DNA of 62,927 bases, the filler included, from Octopus bimaculoides (taxonomy: Eukaryota), in the NCBI RefSeq assembly GCF_001194135.2. It is 6 parts of 6 records of this genome, joined end to end, with 100 filler letters (N's around TTAATTAATTAA, not from the genome) between each part and the next. Parts side by side here need not be neighbours in the genome. Positions count along the whole stretch, not along the records: positions 38,982 to 53,042 come from NC_069000.1; 5 more parts are not named here. The stretch is one strand, 5' to 3'. Positions 40,437-52,528 of this stretch are shown here, in pieces. The notes under the pieces were generated by a model. It was not told the DNA's origin and ran no database searches. It worked only from the letters and a program-made list of their open reading frames with translations. Every line of letters starts with the position of its first letter. Position 1 is the stretch's first letter. A program made the translations under genes and the position numbers.

Positions 40437-40799
40437 CTTATGTAAATATACATATTTACACACCTGTACACTAAATAAAAATTATCCCCACATTAGCCAT
40501 CTCTACTCATTTTTCCAAATATATTATACTGAAGCAAGAACTTTTGTTTTTATTATTCTACTGTTTTATGGATTGGTACAATCCATAAAATAGGATGGCT
40601 TGCACAGGATCAAAATCAACAGCCAAATCACTGTAATCTGGAACATTATTGGAGGAGATTTCCTAAAAACTTTCAATCATGATAAACAAATACGAATCCC
40701 TTACTAATGCTTTCCATGAAATGGAATAAGAAACATAGATGTACAGAGAAACACTGCATTCCCTTCTTAAAGACCATCATCAAGATGAAAACCGAAGTA

Positions 40800-43700
40800 G
40801 AACTCCTGAAATGGATTCCCACAACTAAAATTCAATCACACAAAACATAATAAAAGAATGGACTGAACTCAATTTGGAAAAGGAAGCATACAAAAAGAAA
40901 AGCCAGATGAAAAACATCTGGAACAGTATCTATATATATAAAAATGAGAATGTGTGTCTGTCTGTCTGTCTGTGTGTGTGTGAATCCCTAAAACTCGAGA
41001 ACTACGCAACCAATTTCATTCAAATTTTACAGATGCCTTACTTAGGGTTCCAGTTGTGTTTTAGTCAAAAAAAATTTTAATTTCTTGCAGAGTTCGAGCC
41101 CACGGCAACATAATATCTCCTCCACTATTTAAGTATTACGTGTCAAAAGTGAAACAAAAACACTGATGTCAAATACTTTCACTTTAAAAATGAAACTATT
41201 CTACTAACTGAAACAATCACATTTTGATACTGTAATGACAGATACTTTCAGAGAGAGAGAGAGAGAGAGATGTATATNNNNNNNNNNNNNNNNNNNNNNN
41301 NNNNNNNNNNNNNNNNNNNNNNNNNNNNNNNNNNNNNNNNNNNNNNNNNNNNNNNNNNNNNNNNNNNNNNNNNNNNNNNNNNNNNNNNNNNNNNNNNNNN
41401 NNNNNNNNNNNNNNNNNNNNNNNNNNNNNNNNNNNNNNNNNNNNNNNNNNNNNNNNNNNNNNNNNNNNNNNNNNNNNNNNNNNNNNNNNNNNNNNNNNNN
41501 NNNNNNNNNNNNNNNNNNNNNNNNNNNNNNNNNNNNNNNNNNNNNNNNNNNNNNNNNNNNNNNNNNNNNNNNNNNNNNNNNNNNNNNNNNNNNNNNNNNN
41601 NNNNNNNNNNNNNNNNNNNNNNNNNNNNNNNNNNNNNNNNNNNNNNNNNNNNNNNNNNNNNNNNNNNNNNNNNNNNNNNNNNNNNNNNNNNNNNNNNNNN
41701 NNNNNNNNNNNNNNNNNNNNNNNNNNNNNNNNNNNNNNNNNNNNNNNNNNNNNNNNNNNNNNNNNNNNNNNNNNNNNNNNNNNNNNNNNNNNNNNNNNNN
41801 NNNNNNNNNNNNNTGCAAAGTGTTGAGTAAAATTATTTCGTTGCAGACCTCCTTTGAGTCTTTTTATTATCACTGCGACACACATAGTCCCCAGTTGGTA
41901 ACATTGATTTCAAGGCCTTCCCAGATGAGAGACTGGCATTCCACTTAATGTCTATGTTCCATGCTGGCATGGATTGGAGAGTTATTAATGTAGAAATATG
42001 GTATCGTAGCTACTAACAGTTGAGGGTTGCGTAGTCTAGACGGCATTTTTAGATTTCATTATTCTCTTTAACCCGGGCAATGCCGGGTATTTCTGCTAGT
42101 ATTAAATAAAAGAAAACAAACATATTGGAGAGCCCTAAAAAATGAAAACCTTGCCAACACATATGAACATTAGACGAACAGAGAAGTAATACTCCCTAGA
42201 AAATTTTATATCAAAGAAATAACGTTGGAAACAAACGAAGAAACAAAGATTCACCTTAATTTAGCACTATACAGATTTGAAGCTGACAACACACTACTTT
42301 GCCTCAGAGTAACAAACTTCCAAAAGAAATTTGAAAACTATGACACCTATATACATGAAGAAATTAAGAAAAGAAGCAGCAGAAGTATCCAAAACAAACT
42401 TCTAGACATGTGGAAAAACCGGAAGTCCAAGAAAATCTTTTTATCAAAAATCCATTGGCTACAGGAATATGAAAACAACTATGGTAAAAACCAAATAATA
42501 CCTAAACACCAACCTACTACCACAACCGTTAGACCTCAAAGCACCACCAAAAGAAAGGAAATTTTTCCACAAAACAGACAAAAATACCGCAGTCCTCTAA
42601 GAAACACAAATTTACGATCATACGCAGATATAACAAGAAATAAGAGAACTTGCAATCCCAACCAAAGAACAAATAGAACTCTCCCAACACTAAATGATAG
42701 AACCAAATAAACCAGATGGAACAACATTAGAATAGTGAATCAACTCCCAATCCAACAACTAAAAACATACTTACCCATGAATAACCAACCTCAAACAGAA
42801 AAATGTGAAATTCCCACAAAAACACTCCCAACTCCAATGGAAACCATTTTTTAAGATAGGAGATATTCCACTAAAAAAGAGATAAAAATAACACCACTCT
42901 TCCTGAGATATTAGAAAACCAACACATAAGCAAACTGAAAATAATAAATTTATCCACTAAGAAATTATCTAAAGAAGAAATTAAACTCCTGGAAAATAGA
43001 CTGAAATTTAAACCCACTTCAAAACCCAACCAAGCTGAACTTATAAAAGTCACAAAAGAATTTTGCCAAAAATTACATTAGAGAGAATTCTTTCTAAATA
43101 CTGAACACACAGATGAATCACTGGTCAAAAACAGAACAGGATTCAGACTCTCCTCAAATAGAGACAAAAATTTAGAAGAACATATTAGCCTCCTTTGACG
43201 ATCAGCTCAATCTACTATGACAGAGAAGAAATGTAAATCCAACATATCTAAAGGTCAATTGGAAGCATTTAAAAACTTATGAAAAGACTCAGTTAATTTT
43301 CAAAGAAGTTGACAAAGGTGGAGCAATAGTTATCATGGACAAGAACCATTACAGAGATATGGTTATGGAACAACTCAATGACCCCACTTCTACAAGAAGC
43401 TAAATCAAAACGATGATAAAAATACCATGTGTAGGATGCATAGACTGGTCACAAAACATCGTGACAACCTAATTGAGAATGAGGTTAATTAACCAACCTT
43501 GAAGTCAAAACCAGTAACTTTTATAGATTAACCAAAATCCACAAATCAAAAGAAATCCTAGATGACATAAAAGGAAACAATTTCAACATATTTCAAAATT
43601 CCGAAACCCAGAGACCTGAAACTATGTCCAGTCATTGCAGGACCAGCATCTAGTACACAATGCTTAAGCAACTTGATAGATAAAATTTTAAGACCTTTAT

Positions 43701-45255
43701 GTAAAATGATACCAAGTTTTGTCCGAGACGATATGGACTTTTTAAACTACATACTTAAAGGTGTTCTCCTGAAAACAATTCTAGTTAGTTTTGATGTAAC
43801 TAGTCTATACACCAACATCTCACACGACCTTGGAATTGAAGCTATAAACTTCTGGTTAGCGAAACATCCAAACCATATTATGGAAAGATTCTCAAAAACC
43901 TTAATTTTCAAAGGATAAAAATTAATACTGGAAAATAATCACTTCTTCGATAACAACTTCTACTTACAAATAAAAGGAATGACAATGGCGACAAAAGTAG
44001 CCCCCACATATGCAACTCTCGTTATGGGTTTCTTAGAGGTCAAACTTTATTCCCAACTAATGAAAACATTTAGCGAACAATTCTCCATTTATATAGAAAA
44101 CAGTTAGAAATGATATTTAGACAATTGCTTTATATTCTGGACCACAAACCAAGAAGACTTAAGAATATTTGACTCACTTTTAAACAACTTATACACTTCA
44201 ATAAAATTCACCATGGAACAAAAAACACAAAGGAATTACCATTTTAGGCATACTTCTAATTAAAGAAAATAACACTATAAAAACAGATCTCTTCTACAAA
44301 CCTACAGGTACACACCAATATTTGAACTTTCATTCCTCCTATCCTTCACATACCAAAAGAAACATACTTTTAATATGTCGAAAAGAATTTGCATGATAGT
44401 AATAGATGCAGAATTAAGGGATATAAGACTACAGGAATTAAAAATATTTCTGAAAGAACAAAAATATCCTACTAGTTTAATTGACACAGCAATCACCAAA
44501 GCTAAAAACATCACAACCACAACCCTCAGAGGAAAACAAACACAAAAATAAAAATAGAAAATGAACTCAAGCATTCCTTTTATCCTCACCCACACCCAAG
44601 AAATCATGACATCATCAACACTGCAAAATGATACCGCCCAATCCTTCAACATTCATCAAGAATGAACCAATTAATAACAAACTCAAAAATAATTTATAGC
44701 AGACAGCAAGCATCCAACATAAAAAAAAGCTCTTAACCCAAGCAAAATTTACAACCACAGAAACAACAAAGAGAGTTAAAAAATATGATGATCCCCGTTG
44801 TGGAACGTGTGACTACATTGAAGAGGGAGTACAAATTACCTTAAAAAATAATGACTCTTTCAAAATAAATGCAACTGTGAAATGCAAATCCAGGAATTTA
44901 ATCTACTGTGCCACATGTCCTGAATGCAATGAATACTACATTGGTGAAACGAGCATCAGACTATATGAGAGAGTAAGGGTTCATAAACAACAGATCCATG
45001 ATCCCCAACGCCACCCCCATAAGAAACACAACCTGTAGCAAACATTTTGAAAAATGTGGAAAAAGACAATTCAAAATATTCCCTTTCTTCAAACTGTAGA
45101 CAGAGAATGAACATTTTCGTAAGGCCAAGGAAGAATATTTTATTCGAAAATATCAGCCAAGACTGAACAAAAAAATAATAGCACAACCACCAGAACTACC
45201 ATCTCAACAATCCACAGAAAGACAACAATCAAACTCTGCTTAAATAAGGAAAAGT
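40800..45255 (+). mobile_element. Penelope-like retroelement, decayed (RT + GIY-YIG endonuclease), interrupted by a Helitron-like insert
   Basis: Frameshifted motifs: DKGGAIVIMDK (~43310); PVIAGPAS; LVSFDVTSLYTNI (~43780-43820); GMTMATKVAPTYATLVMGFLE; YLDNCF (catalytic DD degraded, ~44114); FYKPT..HQYLNFHSSYP; GIY-YIG NLIYCATCPECNEYYIGET (44896-44952). Confidence 0.9.
40929..42099 (+). mobile_element. Non-autonomous Helitron-like element (DINE-1/Lep1-type ends)
   Basis: 5' TCTATATATATAAAA followed by (GTCT)n. 3' GC-rich hairpin cccggGCAATGccggg then CTAG at 42096-42099. Inserted between A and T with no TSD; removing it restores the Penelope frame (KNIWNS-I-LNKRKQTYW). Contains an N gap. Confidence 0.8.
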
Positions 45256-45680
45256 ATATATGAATTGAATGGAGTAGAACTAGTTTCAGCTCATGAACTG
45301 TGACTATGCTGGGGCACCACCATTTGATTTTATGACACACACATTTTTTACTTCACAAAAAATGTTTTTTAGAATTTGACATTTGATGCATGAGAGAATC
45401 TGACACCGCTGCCTTTTCTTGCACTTCTTGCTGTGAAGCTAAATTCATCTGGGACTATTGAGAGTAAGAGATCTAATGCTGTTTTTTGATGACACTTACA
45501 TCCACCTGATATGAGAATACACCCCTTTTTGTACTATCTTATGTACACATGTGCATATACGTGTAGAAATATCTATAGGTGTGTGTATATATGTGTGTGC
45601 AGGTATGTATGTATATTTACATAAAAATATAGGGATATAAGTTTGTGTGTATTTGTGAACACATATGCATGTGTACACAC

Positions 45681-45721
<41 letters not shown>

Positions 45722-45884
45722 GAGAATTTACAAAAAATAAATGAAAACGGTTGTGTAAACATATATATATATATATGGATATGTGTGTGCATATGTATAT
45801 ATATATGTCTGTATATATGTATGTGTGAGTGTATGTATATGTATATGTGTGTGTATATATGTGTGTATGTAGATGCAGGTGTGT

Positions 45885-45915
<31 letters not shown>

Positions 45916-46575
45916 GATGAATGTATACAGGCATGTGTAGATGTGTAGACATATTTGGATGGATGAATGTATGTGTGTGTGACTAAAATGTGAAAAATGA
46001 ATAAAATGACCTCAAATCAATAGATTCACAAAGGTCATCTTTTGACAAGAACTCACAACTTTTTTTGACCACTCCTAAAAATATTGTTTCCTTTTTCCTG
46101 ATAGTCTAATCATTTTCAACTACTTTTTGTCTTCTTACCTTCCAACTTTTTTTCCTTTTTTCCTTTCTCCTTCTTTTCTTCTTTCTCCTTCTTCTTTTCT
46201 TCTTTCTCCTTCTTCTTTTCTTCTTTCTCCTTCTTCTTTTCTTCTTTCTCCTTCTTCTTTTCTTCTTTCTCCTTCCTTTCTCCCAGATGCTGGTGTATTA
46301 GCTTTTTGTACTCTTTTATTATTCTTTATTTCATTTTTATATTAGTTTTTATATTCTTAATTTTTTTCTTTTTTCCATCTTTTATTTCTTATTTTTATTT
46401 TATATTTGTATACTTGTAGGAAAAAAATCTGTTGCTATGTGAACAACCTTCTAAACCACAGAATTTCAGTTTGAAAACAGCTATGGAAAAGCTCAAAACT
46501 CATTAGAGTAACTGAAAACATTATCATTAAAATTAAAATTATTTCCCCACAAAAGCCATCTCCACTCATGTTTTC
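45254..46575 (+). repeat. Right arm of the inverted repeat, probably the Penelope 3' UTR / pseudo-LTR
   Basis: Starts immediately after the GIY-YIG region and matches 39200-40436 in reverse. Its distal ~60 bp also recurs in direct orientation at ~40470-40525. Confidence 0.85.
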
Positions 46576-47078
46576 AAATATTTATTTGAAAATTACGTAA
46601 CAACCTTCTCCAACTACAGTTCTCATATTCGGTTAAAATGTCTTACGTTTAAGCTGGTTCCCATGCATTTCCCTGAAGAGAAGATTCCATTCTTAACAAC
46701 ATCACCTATTCCTATGGAAGGTATAATTTGTAATCTTCGAAACATATGTTGGAAATAAAAGTATGCAGTTAACATATGCGTTTTACTCCATTTNNNNNNN
46801 NNNNNNNNNNNNNNNNNNNNNNNNNNNNNNNNNNNNNNNNNNNNNNNNNNNNNNNNNNNNNNNNNNNNNNNNNNNNNNNNNNNNNNNNNNNNNNNNNNNN
46901 NNNNNNNNNNNNNNNNNNNNNNNNNNNNNNNNNNNNNNNNNNNNNNNNNNNNNNNNNNNNNNNNNNNNNNNNNNNNNNNNNNNNNNNNNNNNNNNNNNNN
47001 NNNNNNNNNNNNNNNNNNNNNNNNNNNNNNNNNNNNNNNNNNNNNNNNNNNNNNNNNNNNNNNNNNNNNNNNNNNNNN

Positions 47079-49322
47079 TCCATGCTGGGATGGGTTTGAC
47101 TGAGGACTGGTGAGCCAGAGGTTGCACCAGGCTCAATCTGATCTGGCAGAGTTTCTACAGCTGGATGCTCTTCCTAACGCCAACCACTCCGAGAGTGTAG
47201 TGGGTGCTTTTACGTGCCACCTGCACAAGAGCCAGTCTGGTGCCATCACAATTTCACTTTTGCTTGCCCCAAACAGGTCCTCGCAATCTGAGTTTCGTGT
47301 CCAATGAAGGAGACGACGTTGGCATAGGTGCCAGTCGTCGAATTTAGTTCTCACTTGGCTTGCCGGGTCTTCTCACGTACAGCATATTTCCAAAGGTCTC
47401 GGTCAAAAGTCATCACCTCGGTGAGGCCCAATGTTTGAAGGTCATGCCTCACCACCTCATCCCAAGTCTTCCTGGGCCTACCTCTTCCATAGGTTCCCTG
47501 AACTGCTAGGGTGTGGCACTTTTTCAACAGCTATCCTCGTCCATTCTTGCTACATGACCATACCAGCACAATCGTCTCTCTTGCACACCACAACTGATGC
47601 TTCTTAAGTTCAACTTTTCTCTCAAGGTACTTACACTCTGTCTAGTATGCACACTGACATTACACATCCACCGGAGCATATTGGCTTCATTCCTTGCGAG
47701 CTTACGCATGTCTTCAGCAGTCACGGCCCATGTTTCACTGCCATGAAGCATGGCTGTTCGTACACATGCGTCATACAGTCTGCCTTTTACTCTGAGAGAG
47801 AGACCCTTTGTCACCAGCAGAGGTAAGAGCTCTCTGCACTTTGCCCAGGCTATTCTTATTCTAGCAGCTATACTTTCAGCGCACCCTCCTCCACTACAAA
47901 ATTGGTCACCTAGATAACGGAAACTATAAACTAATTCTAGTTTTTCTCCCTGGAGTGTGGCAAAGGTTGTTTTCTGCACATTTTCAGTGTTTATTGCTCC
48001 TGAATATCTTCCACATACAAAAACTAACTTCCTAGTTAACCTTCCTTTGATATTGCTGCACCTCTTATATGTCCATAGCTTGCACTGGGTACATCTTATA
48101 GAGTTTCTACCTACGCCTTTTCTACAGATCGAGCAGGGCCATCTACCTGAAGGGGGTTGTGTTTTGTCTACCTTCCTACATATTAGGACTTTGGTTTTAG
48201 CTAGGTTGACTCTAAGGCCCTTCGATTCTAGTCCTTGCTTCCATACCTGAAACTTCTCTAGTTCTAATAGTGACTCAGCAATTAGTGCAAGATCATCAGC
48301 ATAGAGGAGTTCCCAAGGGCATCCTGTCTTGAATTCCTCTGTTATCGCCTGGAGGAATATGATAAATAGGAGGGGCTGAGAACTGAACCTTGGTGGACTC
48401 CTACCTCTACCTAGAATTCTCCACTGTACTCGTTGCCAACCCTCACCTTACTGACAGCATCTCTGTACATTGCTCACACAACTCTAACCATTCATTTATC
48501 CCAAGTTTCCTCATTGACCACCAGATAAGGGATCGGGGGACCCTGTCGAAGGCTTTCTCCATGTCAATGAAAGCCAGGTACAGAGGTTTATCTTTGGCTA
48601 GGTATTTCTCCTGCAGCTGTCTTACCAGAAATATAGCATCAGTGGTGCTTTCCCCTGGCACAAACCCAAACTGCATCTCATCTAAACTGACTCTCTCCCT
48701 AATTAGTTGAGCTATGACCCTCTCGGTGACTTTCATTACCTGATCTAACAACTCGATACCTCTATAATTATTTGTATCTAAAGCGTCACCTTTACCTTTA
48801 TAGCAGTTGACTATGGTGCTGCTACACCAGTCATTGGGTATGACTCCTTCATATATCACCTGGTTAACAATACGGGTGACTAGGCTATAGCCGACACTGC
48901 CAGATATTTTGAGCATCTCTGCAGTGATTCCTGATGGGCCAGGGGCTTTCCCTGTCTTCATACTCTTAATAGCTTTATCTACCATGGTACTGTCAACTCG
49001 AATTGCTGGTCCCTCTGTTGGGTTGACATTCAGCAGACTCTCTTCCTCCCATTCCTTCTCTTTATTGAGCAACCTTTCTTAGTGGCGTCTCCAAACCTCT
49101 TTCTTTGCAGCCTCGTTTAATGCAAGCGTACCATCATCCATGCGAACACATTTCTCTCCCACGACATCACAATTCTCTCTCACACACTGTCTTGCAACAT
49201 GAAATACCTCAAGTCTTTGGTCCTCATGGCGCAGAACATTGGCAATTTTTTTCTTATCTGCTTCCCCTCTGGCTAAATAAACCTGTCGCTTAGCTTCCCT
49301 TCTGGCAGTCTGATACAATTCC
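47079..49322 (-). mobile_element. RTE-clade LINE, 5'-truncated, with few disablements
   Basis: RT motifs NYRGIELLDQVMKV, QFGFVPGESTTDAIF, AFIDMEKAFDRVP and WELLYADDL (YADD at 48292-48303); C-terminal RLCWYGHVARMDEDS; 3' end cccatcccagcatgga runs into a gap. Confidence 0.93.
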
Positions 49323-49432
49323 CTATATATATATATTTGCCAGCTTAATTTAATTTGTCCTTAATCGAAAGACATCTGTTGTTATGTCCTGTGATTATTC
49401 TTACTGTATTATTTTTATTGTATTTGTGTAGG

Positions 49433-49640
49433 ACATGCAAAGGCTAGAAAGAAATGTAGCTACCATGTTCCAGAGGATGTGCAATGTCAATGAGCATGTA
49501 CAACAAAGTGCAAATACATTGAGAGGAAAATCAAGCCTAAGCGGATCAGGTATAATGTGCAGAAGGGAAGGTTGTGCTGGTTTGGTCATGTGATGTGTAT
49601 GGATGAGGATAGTTTCATCAAGAAGTATCAATCACTGATT
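49433..49640 (+). mobile_element. Older RTE C-terminal fragment, inverted relative to the adjacent RTE
   Basis: Translates to RLCWFGHVMCMDEDS, homologous to ORF 47524..47979. Confidence 0.8.
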
Positions 49641-50276
49641 TTACCAATTAGTATTACCATACATAATAAGCACAGGATTTCAACTTTAGCTATAATTTAT
49701 ACACATACATACACACATACATACATACATACATACATACATACATACATACATACATACATACATACATACAAATTCCTATAAGCAAATAAAACACATG
49801 TAATGGTGAATAAGTAATACAAAATATTTCCAGTTTCCTGTTTTGTTTTATATATACATATTAAAATTAGTAATAATATTAAATCTTCCCTGTTAAAAAA
49901 ATATTTCGTGATATTTTTGTCATTATTCTTTATATTTCAGAGCTCATTGGCCTTCAGTTTTTCACCTTCATCAAATGTTTAGTACTTATGAAGAACAAAG
50001 CCAGTGATGCTACAAGTAAGTGAAATTAGACCAAAATGTACTTACTAAATATTACATTAGTACATTATGTAATAGTATGTCGTTAAAAATAGCCCATATC
50101 TTATGTGTGTGNNNNNNNNNNNNNNNNNNNNNNNNNNNNNNNNNNNNNNNNNNNNNNNNNNNNNNNNNNNNNNNNNNNNNNNNNNNNNNNNNNNNNNNNN
50201 NNNNNNNNNNNNNNNNNNNNNNNNNNNNNNNNNNNNNNNNNNNNNNNNNNNNNNNNNNNNNNNNNNNNNNNNNNNN

Positions 50277-50330
<54 letters not shown>

Positions 50331-50375
50331 CATCATTTAATATGATGACCCAATATATATATATGTTATATAATA

Positions 50376-50894
50376 AATTAATAAAAACAGTTGTTTGCAA
50401 TATTATACCATAAAGGAAAATTATAGTCATCAACTAAATGTGACTAAGGGTGTGAATAACACCTACATTGCTAGAAATAGGAGCTAAAGTGCTCCAATGC
50501 TGTTGCAAAACACATAACATGTACTTTGATAGGGGCTGCCATCACCCCAAACACTGAACTGAGAATTCCTTAGACTGACTGGACAGTTATGGCTGTTTCC
50601 ATAGCCACCTTCAGTAAGGCCAGCTCGTTTGGTTGATTCTGGACTAGCTCATCTATCAGAGTATATATATTCACCATAAAATGCTTCGGATAATTTAGCA
50701 GATTGCTAATGTGTATACAAATAATTAATAAAAACAGCTGTTTGCAATATTATACCATAAAGGAAAATTATAATCGCCAACTAAACTTGGCCAAAGGTGT
50801 GAATAACACCTACATTGCTAGAAATAGGAGCTAAAGTGCTCCAGTGTTGTTGCAAAACACATAACATGTACTTTGATAGGGGCTGCCATCACCC
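50376..50894 (+). repeat. 172-bp direct repeat with a 347-bp period
   Basis: 50376-50547 and 50723-50894 share long identical runs, e.g. ggtgtgaataacacctacattgctagaaataggagctaaagtgctcca. Confidence 0.92.
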
Positions 50895-51559
50895 TGAACA
50901 TACATAACTAGCAAAATAGTTAGTTGTAAAATCTCAAGAAGAAATCAGAGTAGTAACTCTGCTAACAAGTCAATCACCACATCGAAGTGGCTGTTCCATG
51001 TTACTATTAATTTAACCTCAGGTAGATCTTCTGCCAGCTGGTTATTGGTGCAATGCTGCACCCTTTATATACAATATATATTGCTAGCAGGGCGAGTGAG
51101 CCCCTACCATCCTCTTACAGACAACAGGATANNNNNNNNNNNNNNNNNNNNNNNNNNNNNNNNNNNNNNNNNNNNNNNNNNNNNNNNNNNNNNNNNNNNN
51201 NNNNNNNNNNNNNNNNNNNNNNNNNNNNNNNNNNNNNNNNNNNNNNNNNNNNNNNNNNNNNNNNNNNNNNNNNNNNNNNNNNNNNNNNNNNNNNNNNNNN
51301 NNNNNNNNNNNNNNNNNNNNNNNNNNNNNNNNNNNNNNNNNNNNNNNNNNNNNNNNNNNNNNNNNNNNNNNNNNCAATATTAGTGACAATTGAAATTTTG
51401 CTTTTTAGTTTCATATTGCATCTAGCCTTCTTCGTTATATATATATATATATATATATTATCATCCATCCATCATTTTGAATCTGGGTTTTGTATATATA
51501 TGTGTATACATATAAATGTATGTGTATTTTTTCAATGTGTACAAATAGCATGGGGTGGC

Positions 51560-51790
51560 CAGATCTACCTCAATGCCATAGCAACCACCCTCATACCATC
51601 TCGCCATCTTGCATCCTCTCTTCTCAAGCCAATCCTCCCAATCTCCTCCTCCACCTGTCCCCTCCACCTTTTCCTCGATCTGCCTCGCTTTCACTGTCCA
51701 TTTACCTCAAACTCTTCAGAACATGCTCCTCATCCATCCTCAATACATGCCCATACCACTGCACTCCATTCGTCCTTGCCAGCCGTTCCA
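51560..51790 (-). mobile_element. Degenerate RTE 3' fragment
   Basis: Minus strand reads QWYGHVLRMDEEHV. Confidence 0.7.
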
Positions 51791-51900
51791 CTGATTCCTC
51801 CAACCCCATAGTCAATAAAACATAGAAAAGAAGCACACACTCTAAAGAACAGAGCAGTAATTATTAAAACAAAAAGTTAAATTCGGGTCATAGAGTTACA

Positions 51901-52134
51901 AAAGCCACTACCTTATTGAAAGCTTGTCAGACTCTACACAAAGACAAAACAATTAAACTTTCTACCATGTGGACATGAAGAAAGACTCAGCTATCAAGAT
52001 TTAACGGCTAACATATAAAAATGTTAGCCATTAAGTCACAATATCTGAGCATTTCCTCATGTCCGCATGGTAGAAAGTTTAATCTTTTTGCTTTTGTATA
52101 GAGTCTGATGAGCTGTCCACAAGGCTGTGGCTTT
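51901..52134. repeat. 234-bp imperfect palindrome (hairpin / MITE-like)
   Basis: aaagccac / gtggcttt ends; attaaactttctaccatgtggacatga / tcatgtccgcatggtagaaagtttaat; central ttaacggctaacat-ataaaa-atgttagccattaa. Confidence 0.9.
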
Positions 52135-52179
52135 CATGGACATGAAACCTTTGATAAACAGAATTTAACTTTTGTTTTA

Positions 52180-52219
<40 letters not shown>

Positions 52220-52442
52220 GTGTGTATGTATACATATAAATGTATGTGTATTTTTTCAATGTGTACAAATAGCATGGAAAAAAAAAAAAATAGTTACCAG
52301 GGTAGCAAAAATTCACATAAGTACCAAGGATGTAACAGCCTACTTATAAAGGTAGAAATTCCAGGGTTTAGTGAAATGGTTTTGTATAACCTAGATAAAT
52401 AAAGAAATAGTGTTAAATGCAGGTGTTATTCAAATCTTTATA

Positions 52443-52528
52443 CCTCCGACATGTTTCGAAGAAAACATTGGTATTATTCCAGAGAGAATAAAATAATGTA
52501 AAACAATGCAATGTTCTCATCAGGGAAA
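52443..52528 (-). ncRNA. Minimal type I hammerhead ribozyme motif (Penelope-associated type)
   Basis: Minus strand UUUCC-CUGAUGA-GAACAUUG..CAAUGUUUUCUUC-GAAAC-AU-GUC^GGAGG: intact core, 5-bp stem I, extended stem II and palindromic ACAUGU stem III. Confidence 0.72.

Larger units (their letters stand above)
51503..52277 (+). repeat. Identical 51-bp direct repeat at 51503-51553 and 52227-52277
   Basis: tgtatacatataaatgtatgtgtattttttcaatgtgtacaaatagcatgg occurs twice. Confidence 0.92.

Noticed and set aside
52105-52160. Plus-strand CTGATGA..GAAAC as another hammerhead
   Set aside because: No GUH after GAAAC and no stem I partner; CTGATGA is part of the palindrome arm.
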